A stretch of 64,000 bases of DNA, from assembly GCA_965215015.1 (NCBI GenBank), contig OZ244042.1, positions 1,152,001-1,216,000 on the forward strand, written 5' to 3'. Source of the stretch: Candidatus Poribacteria bacterium (lineage in GTDB: Bacteria; Poribacteria; WGA-4E; PCPOR2b). The position numbers were made by a program, and so were the translations under genes. Shown here one piece after another: positions 9,832-19,657 of this stretch; the stretch's first letter is position 1; each line of letters begins with the position of its first letter. The notes below the pieces were generated by a model. The model was not told where the DNA came from, ran no database searches, and saw only the letters and a list, made by a program, of their open reading frames with translations.

Positions 9832-10980
9832 ATGAAATACCAACTAAAAACCATCACACCGGTCCACATCGGTACGGGCGAAACATTGAGCCAAATTGAC
9901 AGCTTCTACAACAACGGACGGTGGCATCGAGTTGACATCGATGCGGTCCTGGCGGCTGTCCCTGAATCCGAGCTAAATAGCCTCACCATTGCGATGGGAC
10001 AACCCAATTTTCAATGGGGTAGATATCTTCCAACGAATCAGCCATCAGCGTCTTACACCCTCCCGTGCCCCGAAGATCCTCGGGCAACTGAAAGCCGCGA
10101 AGCAATTAAGGATGTCTTTGGTCGCCCGATGATTCCCGGCAGCAGCATCAAAGGTGCGATCCGCACCGCGCTCCTGTGGAAGTTCATCGATGATAACAAT
10201 TCAGAAGCCCAAGAAGCTTTTAAGTATTCAGTCAACTATTTGAAAGAACAGCTACGACGAAAGCCGAATCGCAATTGGGTAGGACAGTCGATTGAAGAGC
10301 GTGTGCTTGGAAAAGATCCGAACCACGACCTGATGCGAGTCGTGCAGGTCAGCGACACCGCGCCGATTCCGATCGAAGCCCTAGAAATGGGCGTATCGTG
10401 GACTGTCACACTCAATCAAGATGGCGAACTTATCCAGAAACGGGAGGGCAATCGTGAGTACAAGATCTTTGTCGAGCAAATTCGAGCCAATCAGATGTTC
10501 GACTTCTCAATCAAGATTGACAAATCCCTCTTCCGTCCGCGTGAAAAACATGAACTCGGCTTCAGTGCACAGCAGGAGAAGGTAATCTGCGAGGAACTCG
10601 CCGATGCGTGCAACTATGTGGCGAAAGACCTCGCCAATGAAGAAGCGGAATTTTACGATTACTACAAGTTGCCTGAGCTTGCCAATTTCTATGAATCCCT
10701 CTCGAACCAAATCACAAATCTGCCGGACGGTGCATTTGTCCTGCCGATCGGTTGGGGAACAGGGTATCGCGCCAAAACAGTCACCGAACTATTGACCGGA
10801 GACAATAATGACGAAGGCGATAATGATTTGATGATGAAGTTGCGGCGGCACTATCGTCTGGGCAAAAGCCGCTCGGGGCAAGATTACTACGATGATGAGT
10901 TTCCGAAGACCCGGCGGGTGGTGTATGATCGGCAGAGACCGAAATCCCCACTCGGCTGGGTACAAATCACACCAGCCTAA
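9832..10980 (+). CDS. csm5: Type III-A RAMP Csm5
   Basis: TITPVHIGTG, PMIPGSSIKGAIRTA, DLMRVVQVSD, IGWGTGY, FPKTRR..PLGWV. Confidence 0.95.
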   Translation: MKYQLKTITPVHIGTGETLSQIDSFYNNGRWHRVDIDAVLAAVPESELNSLTIAMGQPNFQWGRYLPTNQPSASYTLPCPEDPRATESREAIKDVFGRPMIPGSSIKGAIRTALLWKFIDDNNSEAQEAFKYSVNYLKEQLRRKPNRNWVGQSIEERVLGKDPNHDLMRVVQVSDTAPIPIEALEMGVSWTVTLNQDGELIQKREGNREYKIFVEQIRANQMFDFSIKIDKSLFRPREKHELGFSAQQEKVICEELADACNYVAKDLANEEAEFYDYYKLPELANFYESLSNQITNLPDGAFVLPIGWGTGYRAKTVTELLTGDNNDEGDNDLMMKLRRHYRLGKSRSGQDYYDDEFPKTRRVVYDRQRPKSPLGWVQITPA

Positions 10981-11103
10981 AAGGTTGAGACTCATGTTAG
11001 GAAATCGTGGGACAGAAGCCGATTTAGTTCACTAGTTCAGTAATGAACCCACCTGTGTTTTGCACTTTCTTTTTACATGAACCAAGGTTGATTAATTAGG
11101 TTC

Positions 11104-11125
11104 GTAGTAGCGCAATTCATTGCGC
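11104..11125 (+). repeat. REP-like element GTAGTAGCGCAATTCATTGCGC
   Basis: Identical copy at 17872-17893; reverse-complement copy at about 9158-9179. Confidence 0.8.
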
Positions 11126-11181
11126 GTTCGTGTAAATCGTACCTCCCGAAAAGTCAATTTTCATTACATAGAGATAAACCT

Positions 11182-11943
11182 ATGCGAATCAAAATTACGT
11201 GCGACATCGGCGAAGGTATCCACCTGCCGATCAACTACAACTACTTTCTCACGGGCGTTATCTATCAATTTCTTAGAGAATCTGACCCTGAATACGGACA
11301 TTTCCTCCACCAAGAGGGCTATAAAGTTGAGAAGCGGCGTTTCAAACTGTTTACCTTCTCTCAACTGATGGCAAAACCGCGGGAGATTCGCGGCGACCAG
11401 ATCCACTTCCGTTCACCACTGACATGGTACATCTCCTCATCTCAGCAACCGTTTTTGGAAAACTTCGCCGCCGCGCTGATGGAGACGGGAATCCTACGGA
11501 TTGGAGGGCACAAGCTTCGGGTGCGGGATGTGGAGGTGTTGCGTCAACCCCGTTTTGGACCGCAGATGACCTTTCGGTGCCTCTCACCGATTACGATGTC
11601 TACTGTGCGCGAGCGGTACAGTACACCTTACTACTGTCTCCCCGGTGATCCTCAGTTCTCCGAGTTAGTTCGACAGAACCTGATTCGGAAGTACGAAGCG
11701 GTATACCAACAGCCGCCGCAAGAGAAATCGTTTGCGATGACCTTCGATCAGGCGTACATCGACAAACAGGAGGGACGTGTAACACGCTTAGTTGATTTCA
11801 AAGGGACCAAAATTCGCGGTGTTGTCGCTCCATTTCACGTCATCGGTACACCGGAGTTAATCCGCGTCGGCTATGAATGCGGCTTCGGGGATAAAAATAG
11901 CATAGGATTTGGGATGGTAGAGGTTGCAAGAAAGAATATATGA
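11182..11943 (+). CDS. cas6: CRISPR endoribonuclease Cas6
   Basis: LPINYNY, FLHQEGY..FKLFTFS, CLSPI and C-terminal GFGDKNSIGFGM G-rich loop. Confidence 0.96.
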   Translation: MRIKITCDIGEGIHLPINYNYFLTGVIYQFLRESDPEYGHFLHQEGYKVEKRRFKLFTFSQLMAKPREIRGDQIHFRSPLTWYISSSQQPFLENFAAALMETGILRIGGHKLRVRDVEVLRQPRFGPQMTFRCLSPITMSTVRERYSTPYYCLPGDPQFSELVRQNLIRKYEAVYQQPPQEKSFAMTFDQAYIDKQEGRVTRLVDFKGTKIRGVVAPFHVIGTPELIRVGYECGFGDKNSIGFGMVEVARKNI

Positions 11944-11951
11944 AAACTATG

Positions 11952-11980
11952 TTGACTTAACACTTGTGGGGTGATATAAT
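11952..11980 (+). promoter_or_regulatory. Near-consensus sigma70 promoter for the type I-B module
   Basis: TTGACT-17 nt-TATAAT with extended -10 TG; AGGAGG SD downstream. Confidence 0.7.
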
Positions 11981-12012
11981 TCTGGATCAGTTTTCGCGGA
12001 AGGAGGAGGGAG

Positions 12013-13383
12013 ATGGTAATTTATGAAAAACTGATGGGCAATCCGTTTGTTGATGCAGGTGTGAGTGCGATCTGTGGGTGGCTGGGGCCAGGTACTCAGC
12101 CAGAGGAGATTACAACCGAAGATTTGCAAATAATGATAAATCAGTGGGCGCCGATTTATTGTACATCTGCGTGGAGTAAGAATCTCTATTCAATTTTTCC
12201 AAACAGTCCTGTGACCTATGCTGCACGTGAAAATAGGGATACCGTCGCGAAACTTGTATCTAAATGGTCGGACTGGCGTGAGAGAATCACGCCAATGAGT
12301 CAAGCGGGTGATTGCCTTGGCTGTGGACGTCGAGTGACAATGGAGAAATTACTTACAAAAACTGATGTACCCTTAACGGGTTCGGGCAGCCTGCGGAATT
12401 TCTTTCCGTTATTCAGCGATGGGCAAGGGTATTGTGCCGCTTGTGCCCTGGCGATTCAGTTTATCCCGCTTTCCTTGGTTTCCAGTGGCGGTAAATTCCT
12501 CATGTTGCACTCAAACGCTTGGCGGGTTCAAAGGAAGTGGACACAGATTTGTGTCTCCGATATCCAAAGCCGTTCCGCGCGGAATGAAGTCACTGGCTGT
12601 TTTAATCCGGGATACATTAACCCGCGTAATGGTCTATTCTACATGACGAGCCAGCTGATTGACTATGAGGAACGTCGCACAACCGAAGATATCACGATGC
12701 AAATCTTCTATTTCTCCAACTACAATCAAGGCCCAGAACTCGAAATCTTCCACCTGCCTGCACCGGTATTCCGTTTCCTACGCTACGCTTCTCAAGACCA
12801 ATTTCGGAGGGCATGGCAACGGATTGTCCGAAGTGGGTATCAGCGAGTCAAATGGGACGAAATTGAATCGGAAGATGATTACAAAAACTATTCCAATCGT
12901 GTCTACGAATTTCTGTTGCAAGGTCGATCCATCCTCCAATTTTTCATCAATAGACCCGCTCGGAAAACGCGTAGTAATTGGGTATTGCTTTACCTTTACC
13001 TAAAGGAGGTTAGGAATATGAAGGAATCGAGGCTTGACGCCATAAAACAGGTTGGCGACTTTATCGCCGAAAGCATTCGTAAATCTGAACGTGACCGACG
13101 GCTCCGACAACTTGAGGCCGCCGGAAGCTATAGCGAATGCCGAAACATTTTACGTTTTGTAATCCGAGACCGGATTCAACAAGGTGAAGAAGCACCGCTT
13201 TTTTCGCTAGATGATTACGTTACATGTCTATTTCCAGCATCACCGGATCAGACAACATTTTGGCGGGAAACCCGGGACCTACTCGTTTTTCGGATTTATG
13301 AAACTCTTCACGATTGGTTAGTTACAAGCGGTTTTGTTGATGATGCAGACGACGAAATCGATCAACTGACTGATCAACCATAG
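12013..13383 (+). CDS. cas8b1: Type I-B large subunit Cas8b1/Cst1 (CXXC_CXXC family)
   Basis: GNPFVDAG N-terminus, CLGC and CAAC pairs, PLTGS..NFF; located between cas6 and cas7. Confidence 0.88.
   Translation: MVIYEKLMGNPFVDAGVSAICGWLGPGTQPEEITTEDLQIMINQWAPIYCTSAWSKNLYSIFPNSPVTYAARENRDTVAKLVSKWSDWRERITPMSQAGDCLGCGRRVTMEKLLTKTDVPLTGSGSLRNFFPLFSDGQGYCAACALAIQFIPLSLVSSGGKFLMLHSNAWRVQRKWTQICVSDIQSRSARNEVTGCFNPGYINPRNGLFYMTSQLIDYEERRTTEDITMQIFYFSNYNQGPELEIFHLPAPVFRFLRYASQDQFRRAWQRIVRSGYQRVKWDEIESEDDYKNYSNRVYEFLLQGRSILQFFINRPARKTRSNWVLLYLYLKEVRNMKESRLDAIKQVGDFIAESIRKSERDRRLRQLEAAGSYSECRNILRFVIRDRIQQGEEAPLFSLDDYVTCLFPASPDQTTFWRETRDLLVFRIYETLHDWLVTSGFVDDADDEIDQLTDQP
13018..13383 (+). CDS. cas11: Putative Cas11 small subunit translated from an internal in-frame start in cas8
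   Basis: AAGGAGGT SD at 13003-13010, 7 nt before in-frame ATG 13018; helical 121-aa C-terminal domain. Confidence 0.7.
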   Translation: MKESRLDAIKQVGDFIAESIRKSERDRRLRQLEAAGSYSECRNILRFVIRDRIQQGEEAPLFSLDDYVTCLFPASPDQTTFWRETRDLLVFRIYETLHDWLVTSGFVDDADDEIDQLTDQP

Positions 13384-13396
13384 GGGAAATTTAATC

Positions 13397-14386
13397 ATGT
13401 CGAAACATGTTATAGGTTTGGTATTGATTGATGCACCGCACTCTGCACTCAATAATGCGGGGACTGAAGCATCGCAAGCAACAGAGAACATCGTCGTCGT
13501 TAAAACACTACGCAAAGGAAATCAGCCGTATCCGTATGTTTCAGGGCAAGCGTGGCGGAATTGGTGGCGAACGACGTTAGGTGAAGAGTCTAATTGGGAG
13601 CTTTCGCCAATCGAACGTGAGAAAAAAATTGCTTTCACCGCTGCTGATCCGGTCGTCTACGATGACGATGACGTTTTTGGCTACATGCGGGCAGTAAAGA
13701 AAGAAACGTTGACTCGACTCTCACCGTTGAAAACTTCACCGCTGATTTCGATTGAGCCGCAACGCCCCACGGACGACTTTGGTGTGATGGCACGACACGA
13801 AGGTGATCCAGTCCCCTACGAGCATCAGTTTTACTCATGCACCCTTAAGGGCATCTTTTCCCTCGACCTTGATGCTGTCGGTGCTTTCTGGAACGTCAAT
13901 AAAACCGGATACAAAAACATCACCGATACGCACATCCCAACCATTCAACTGGCTGGCGGAGAACAGGCAAACGAAAAATCGCCATGGGTCTTACCACCGG
14001 ACATCCGTCTGCGGCGTTGCCGCCAAACGCTTGAGGCACTCCCAATTCTCAGTGGTGGTGCGAAGTTGACCTCTCACTTGACTGACGTAACACCGAAGTT
14101 GATTATTCTATCTGTGCTCAACGGTGGCAATCATCCCTTCATGAACGTGATGGTTGAGCGAGACGGGCGAGGTGAATTGAGTATTGCGGCGCTGCGACAG
14201 GTTATTTTCGATTATGGGAGTCGTTTCCTTGATTCAATTTATATCGGTCGCCGTGAAGGGTTTATGGATGAATTAGACGAATCCTTGCGCCAATTGGCAG
14301 CAGACGGGTCGGTCATATACGATTCGCCCAACCAGGTCGTCGCCCAATTAGCGGGTGAACTCTCAAAACATTTCGGAGGAGAGTGA
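13397..14386 (+). CDS. cas7: Type I-B Cas7/Cst2/DevR
   Basis: ALNNAG, YPYVSGQAWR, DDDVFGYMRA, RLSPLK, PYEHQFY. Confidence 0.95.
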   Translation: MSKHVIGLVLIDAPHSALNNAGTEASQATENIVVVKTLRKGNQPYPYVSGQAWRNWWRTTLGEESNWELSPIEREKKIAFTAADPVVYDDDDVFGYMRAVKKETLTRLSPLKTSPLISIEPQRPTDDFGVMARHEGDPVPYEHQFYSCTLKGIFSLDLDAVGAFWNVNKTGYKNITDTHIPTIQLAGGEQANEKSPWVLPPDIRLRRCRQTLEALPILSGGAKLTSHLTDVTPKLIILSVLNGGNHPFMNVMVERDGRGELSIAALRQVIFDYGSRFLDSIYIGRREGFMDELDESLRQLAADGSVIYDSPNQVVAQLAGELSKHFGGE

Positions 14387-15018
14387 TGAAAGTTCTTCGT
14401 GTTCACATCAACGGTTGGGTGGCGTCGTTTCGGAACCCGTTATTCATCAGTGGATTCCAACCCACCCTTGCTGTGCCCCCGCTTTCAACCCTCTACGGCT
14501 TACTATCGGCTGCGCGAGGCGATTGGATAACACCTAACGATGCGGCGATTGGATTTATCTTCCAAAGCCAAGGTAAAGCCGTAGACTTGGAAACAGTGTA
14601 CGAGTTCGATCGGACACGGTTCCGAGCGAAACCGAATGTCTGCAAACGCGAATTCCTCGTTTCACCTGAGCTTTATCTCTACACGCCTGCGCTGTGGTTG
14701 AGACCCCATATCGAATCGCCTCATTATCCACTACTGTTGGGGCGTTCGACGGAATTAGCAACGGTTGTGTCAACCGCAGAGATTGAGTTGGAGGAGGTAT
14801 CCGAAACCATTTATCGCAATACACTCCTCCCATTTCCGAATGAGCGGATTTACGGGCAGATACAGGCGTTGCCAACCCATTTCACACCGGATCGCCCCCG
14901 CCGTCCGCAAGGCATCCGGCCGTTTTACATGCTAACGGAGCAAATTCCATATAGCGGTCCAGCGTTACAAGATACGGAGATGGGTTGGGGTGTGTATCTG
15001 CACGGAAATTCGAGATAA
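14383..15018 (+). CDS. cas5: Type I-B Cas5
   Basis: ASFRNP..QPTLAVPPLSTLYGLLSAARG, REFL..P, LLLGRSTEL. Confidence 0.95.
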   Translation: MMKVLRVHINGWVASFRNPLFISGFQPTLAVPPLSTLYGLLSAARGDWITPNDAAIGFIFQSQGKAVDLETVYEFDRTRFRAKPNVCKREFLVSPELYLYTPALWLRPHIESPHYPLLLGRSTELATVVSTAEIELEEVSETIYRNTLLPFPNERIYGQIQALPTHFTPDRPRRPQGIRPFYMLTEQIPYSGPALQDTEMGWGVYLHGNSR

Positions 15019-15021
15019 ATT

Positions 15022-17259
15022 ATGACAGAACTACTTGCCAAAAGGGATCCCCCCGAGACACTGGCCGAACATACCGAAAACTGTCTTGCTGTCTATTTCA
15101 GTATGCAAAAAACTATGCCGTTTCTCGCGGAGATTTCTGGTGAACCGGATTTCTTTGACCATCTTTTCTACACGGTTGCTCTTCACGATTTCGGCAAGGC
15201 GGCAACCGGATTTCAGGCACAACTCCGATCGGCTGCCGAACGGTGGGGCTACCGTCACGAAATTTTATCAGCGGGATTTGTGGGTGGGCTAGATCTACCA
15301 CCCCACATCAAACAAGCTATCGGCTTGGCGATTCTAACCCATCACAAAGATATTCAGACACTGAGGGACCAATATCCTTGCTTTCCACCACAACAGCCGG
15401 GCTATGAAACATGGAAAGCGCGGAGAGCAGAATTAGTACCGAATTGGGATGCCTTGATGCGGATTCAAGAACAGGTTAGTCATTGGTATCCGAGCGAGGA
15501 TTGCCGTTTTGCCCCTCTACTTTCGCTGGATGGATTCATTAACGGAGATCAGGATTTTCTTGTGCCGTATCTTAACGATTTTGAGGATTGTGAATTGACG
15601 GTGTTGCATGGTCGTTACGGTATGTTGTTGCGCGGCTGTATGATTGCCTGCGACCATCTCGCATCGGCGGGAAAAATCAAGATTTACCGCGCTCTTGATG
15701 ATTTGGGGGGACATCTTCGCAACCAAATTGAGAAAAGAGGACGGGTGTTTCGAGGCTGGGATGAGTTTCAAGAGGCCTCCGCGAAAACGTCTGGACATCT
15801 AATGCTCTCTGCACCAACAGGTTCTGGGAAGACGGAAGCGGCTATACTCTGGTCAGATGCAAATGAGAGTGAATCCCTTGGACGGCGCGTGTTTTATGTT
15901 TTGCCTTACACCGCTAGCGTCAACGCGATGTACGACCGCCTGCTTAATATCGTCTCTGAAGACCGCATTGGGGTGTTGCACGGGAAAGCGAGTTATTTCC
16001 TCTATCAATCAATGGTAGATAAAGAATACACGCCTGACGAAGCGAAAAAAGCGGTTGCAAGAGCCCGGAAAAGCCAAAATCTGACGCGGAAAATTTATAG
16101 ACCCTACAAAATACTAACACCGTTTCAACTGCTCAAAGCCTTTTTCGGTATACGCGGTTTTGAGATGCAATTCGCAGAAATGGCGGGTGGCTTGTTCATC
16201 TTTGACGAAATCCACGCCTATGACCCGCATACAACCGCGCTAATCTTGATAATGGTTGAGAGACTCCGTCGAGATTACGGCTCGCAATTCTGCATTATGA
16301 CTGCGACGATGCCGAGATTCCTCAAAGAGATGTTTGTAAGTGCTATTGGCGAAATTGCTGAGGTTGAGATGTCTTCTGAGAAACGAGATCAATTCACTCG
16401 CCACCGCGTCAACCTGTTTGATGGCGGAATTCTTGATACAATTCCTGATATTGTCAAACGATTGGAAACCGGTCAACGAATATTGGTCGTCTGTAACACG
16501 ATTGGGCAGGCACAGACGGTTTTTGAGCAGTTATGCCCAAGTGCTACCAATCCGCAACTAGTCCATAGTCGTTTTATCCTCCGAGATCGAGAGCGAATCG
16601 AAAAAGAGTTGAAGGAGACTGACTTGCTTGTTGGAACACAAGCTGTCGAAGTTTCACTCGACATTGACTTTGATGTGTTATTTTCTGAACCTGCACCCAT
16701 TGATGCACTGATACAGCGATTCGGACGGGTAAACCGTACACGAAAGAAAGGTATCTGTGATGTATGTATCTGCCGCGAAGGGGGAGAAAACGACAAATAC
16801 GTCTATTCTACCGAGCGGGTGAACCGGACGCTTGATGCCTTTGCTGCCGTTGATATCTTGTACGAATCAAAGATTCAGCATCTCATTGATACAGTTTACG
16901 GCGACAGCTACGATACAAAGGAACAAGAGGTATTCGATAATGCCACAGCAATCTTCAGTCAATATTCACGAAATATCGTACCGTTCATCGAAGATGCCTC
17001 AAGACGCGAGGAGTTTACCGAACCCTTCAAGAGTGTTGAAGTTGTACCTTCGGATTATGAGGACGAATTTCTGGGACATATCAGGGCAAAGGAGTTTTAC
17101 GAGGCAATGGCTTACGTCACCTCAATTTCTGAGCAGCAATTCGCACGACTCTACAAGGAAGGGCAATTATACAAGCAGGAGGGACAGTGGTTCGTGCGGG
17201 TTGGCTACGATTCTGAACGTGGATTGGCACTCGATGAGTTAGCGGGGAATGTGTTGTGA
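15022..17259 (+). CDS. cas3: Cas3 HD nuclease-helicase
   Basis: LHDFGKA, RHE, APTGSGKT, DEIH, MTAT, QRFGRVNR. Confidence 0.97.
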   Translation: MTELLAKRDPPETLAEHTENCLAVYFSMQKTMPFLAEISGEPDFFDHLFYTVALHDFGKAATGFQAQLRSAAERWGYRHEILSAGFVGGLDLPPHIKQAIGLAILTHHKDIQTLRDQYPCFPPQQPGYETWKARRAELVPNWDALMRIQEQVSHWYPSEDCRFAPLLSLDGFINGDQDFLVPYLNDFEDCELTVLHGRYGMLLRGCMIACDHLASAGKIKIYRALDDLGGHLRNQIEKRGRVFRGWDEFQEASAKTSGHLMLSAPTGSGKTEAAILWSDANESESLGRRVFYVLPYTASVNAMYDRLLNIVSEDRIGVLHGKASYFLYQSMVDKEYTPDEAKKAVARARKSQNLTRKIYRPYKILTPFQLLKAFFGIRGFEMQFAEMAGGLFIFDEIHAYDPHTTALILIMVERLRRDYGSQFCIMTATMPRFLKEMFVSAIGEIAEVEMSSEKRDQFTRHRVNLFDGGILDTIPDIVKRLETGQRILVVCNTIGQAQTVFEQLCPSATNPQLVHSRFILRDRERIEKELKETDLLVGTQAVEVSLDIDFDVLFSEPAPIDALIQRFGRVNRTRKKGICDVCICREGGENDKYVYSTERVNRTLDAFAAVDILYESKIQHLIDTVYGDSYDTKEQEVFDNATAIFSQYSRNIVPFIEDASRREEFTEPFKSVEVVPSDYEDEFLGHIRAKEFYEAMAYVTSISEQQFARLYKEGQLYKQEGQWFVRVGYDSERGLALDELAGNVL

Positions 17260-17340
17260 TTAGACGTGAGACCTCTCTAATCAAGCTACCATAAAATAAA
17301 TATAATACATTCAAGGCCAGCTGAGCGAAAGGACGTATTT

Positions 17341-17856
17341 ATGCAAACTGAAGATCTTACTACAATCCGTGTTACTGGCACAATGATCAACTACCTCTAC
17401 GTCTGCCCCCGAGAGCTCTGGTTCTTTCAGAACCATATTGAAATGGAACACACCTCGGACCTCGTTTCTATGGGTAAACTCCTACACGAGGAGAGCTACG
17501 GGCGTGAAAAGCGGAAGGAACGCTCGATCGATGATCTCATCCGCATCGACTTTGTTGACAAAGACGGCATCCTCCACGATATCAAGTCGGGGCCAGCGAT
17601 GGAGAAGGCGCACGAAATGCAAATTCTCTACTATCTCTATCTACTCAAACAGAAGGGGGTATCCAACCGCAAAGGCGTTATCAACTACCCGCGCCAACGA
17701 CGAACCGTTGAGGTCGAATTGACCCCAGAGAAAGAGTATGAAGTCGAGGAAGCAATCCAAGAGGTCAAAAAAATTTCCAACCTGCCAACGCCTCCGGATG
17801 TGGCATTTATGAAAATCTGTAAGTCGTGTAGCTACATGGAATTATGTTGGAGTTAA
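17341..17856 (+). CDS. cas4: Cas4
   Basis: CPRELW, RIDF..HDIK, QILYYL, CKSCSYMELC Fe-S cysteines. Confidence 0.96.
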   Translation: MQTEDLTTIRVTGTMINYLYVCPRELWFFQNHIEMEHTSDLVSMGKLLHEESYGREKRKERSIDDLIRIDFVDKDGILHDIKSGPAMEKAHEMQILYYLYLLKQKGVSNRKGVINYPRQRRTVEVELTPEKEYEVEEAIQEVKKISNLPTPPDVAFMKICKSCSYMELCWS

Positions 17857-17871
17857 TACGATACTTAGTTC

Positions 17872-17950
17872 GTAGTAGCGCAATTCATTGCGCGTGGGGG
17901 TTCTTGACGGTACCGCCCTCCCTTAAGAGGCGCAATGAACGCGCGCCTAC
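17872..17950. repeat. REP doublet (REPIN-like) between cas4 and cas1
   Basis: GTAGTAGCGCAATTCATTGCGC followed by an inverted GCGCAATGAACGCGCGCCTAC. Confidence 0.75.
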
Positions 17951-17995
17951 AAAGTGGATAACCTCAATAAAAACAAATAAAGAAGGAAAACAACC

Positions 17996-18991
17996 ATGTC
18001 TCGTAACTACTACATCAGCCAGTCCGGTAGATTGCGCCGAAAGGATAACACCATCTATCTTGAAAAAGAGGACGGTTCGCGTGTACCGATTCCGATCGAG
18101 GATGTGGACGCATTCTATCTCTATGGTGAACTGGACCTGAACACGCGGCTCCTCAACTTCATGGCACAGAAACAGGTGCCCATTCATGTCTTCAACTACT
18201 ACGGCTACTATTCCGGCACCTACTATCCGCGAGAATACCTAAACTCTGGGTTCCTGACCGTCAAGCAGGTGCAGCACTATGAACGAAAGTCGAAACGGCT
18301 GCCGATTGCCCGCGAATTTGTTTCGGCGGCGGTGGCGAATATCCTGCGAAACCTGCGTTACCGGGCGAATCGGGACAGCGATTGCTCCGAGCAACTTAGC
18401 ATCATTGAGGCGATAGAGATTGAGATTCCACACGCGCAGCGCGTCGACGAACTGATGGGGTATGAGGGAAATGTCCGCGAGACCTACTATCGTGCCTTTA
18501 ACGCCATCATCAACCTGCAAACCCCGTTTGAGAAACGCGTCCGCCAACCACCCGATAATCCCATCAACGCCGCGATTTCGTTTGGAAATTCGCTGATGTA
18601 TACCGCCTGTTTGACCGAAATCTATCGAACCCAACTGAATCCGACAATCAGCTTCCTCCATCAGCCGGGAGAACGTCGATTCTCTCTGAGCCTCGATCTA
18701 GCAGAAATCTTCAAACCAATCATCGTTGATCGAGTGCTTTTCCGGTTGTTCAATCGAGGTCAACTCAAAGAGGCGAAGCACTTTGAAACCGAGATGGAGG
18801 GCTGCTATCTGAACGAAAATGGGAGACGACTGTTTCTCCAAGCCTTCGATGAGCAGCTCAAGCAGACAATTGACCATCGAAAACTGAGGCGAAAAGTGTC
18901 TTACCAACGCCTGATCCGCCTTGAATGCTACAAATTGATTAAGCATCTGACAGATATGGAAACCTATCAGGCATTTCGGGCCTGGTGGTAA
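17996..18991 (+). CDS. cas1: Cas1 (type I-B)
   Basis: GRLRRKDNT, FNYYGYYSG, MGYEG, PPDNPINAAISFGN, SFLH, LDLAEIFKP, FRAWW. Confidence 0.97.
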   Translation: MSRNYYISQSGRLRRKDNTIYLEKEDGSRVPIPIEDVDAFYLYGELDLNTRLLNFMAQKQVPIHVFNYYGYYSGTYYPREYLNSGFLTVKQVQHYERKSKRLPIAREFVSAAVANILRNLRYRANRDSDCSEQLSIIEAIEIEIPHAQRVDELMGYEGNVRETYYRAFNAIINLQTPFEKRVRQPPDNPINAAISFGNSLMYTACLTEIYRTQLNPTISFLHQPGERRFSLSLDLAEIFKPIIVDRVLFRLFNRGQLKEAKHFETEMEGCYLNENGRRLFLQAFDEQLKQTIDHRKLRRKVSYQRLIRLECYKLIKHLTDMETYQAFRAWW

Positions 18992-19141
18992 AATATAGGA
19001 AAGCTGTAATCCTTTCGTAGGGGCACGGTTCCCCCACCCATTGGCCACGGTAATGAAACCGTAAGTTGGGCTTACTAGCTCGACCCGAAATCCGTGTCTC
19101 CCCGCCCGTTAGATGTGGTGGTAAAACAGGAGGAAATTATA

Positions 19142-19405
19142 ATGTATGTCATTATTGTTTACGACATCGACGTGAAACGGGTTGCGAAAGTCTGCAAATA
19201 CCTACGTCAACATCTCAATTGGGTACAAAATTCCGTCTTTGAAGGCGAATTGACAAAGGCTCAACTCGCGCGAGTGAAATCAGGGCTTTTGACTATCATT
19301 GACGAAAGTGAAGATTCCGTGCTCATGTACCAGATGCGCCATGAGAAATGGATGGACAAACAGGTCATGGGCATCGAAAAAAATCCGGTGACAAACCTCT
19401 TATGA
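19142..19405 (+). CDS. cas2: Cas2
   Basis: MYVIIVYDI, WVQNSVFEG; AGGAGG SD before ATG 19142. Confidence 0.96.
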   Translation: MYVIIVYDIDVKRVAKVCKYLRQHLNWVQNSVFEGELTKAQLARVKSGLLTIIDESEDSVLMYQMRHEKWMDKQVMGIEKNPVTNLL

Positions 19406-19657
19406 CAAGACACGACAAGGGGTTAAAGCGTTTTCACGTGATTGGTAAGTCGTCAACCTCAATTTCTGAAGCAATTTTTTAATTCATAAGACAAGCTTTT
19501 TGTCCATATTATCTCAATTTGAAACGTAACCACGCGATGTCGTCAACCTTCCATTAATTTTGCACAACCGGAGGTTGACGACTTTTGAAGGTAGGCGCAG
19601 TTTTCTCCTTGCAGAAATGGCGTAGGTTTTGTATAATATTTCTGTTGGTTTTTCGGG
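19406..19657 (+). promoter_or_regulatory. CRISPR leader with inverted repeat and promoter
   Basis: AT-rich; GTCGTCAACCT..AGGTTGACGAC inverted repeat (19539-19582); TTGCAG-17 nt-TATAAT at 19609-19637. Confidence 0.8.

Noticed and set aside
17996-18991. Possible RT-Cas1 or RNA spacer acquisition for the type III module
   Set aside because: Cas1 is a plain 331-aa I-B type and no reverse transcriptase is present in the window
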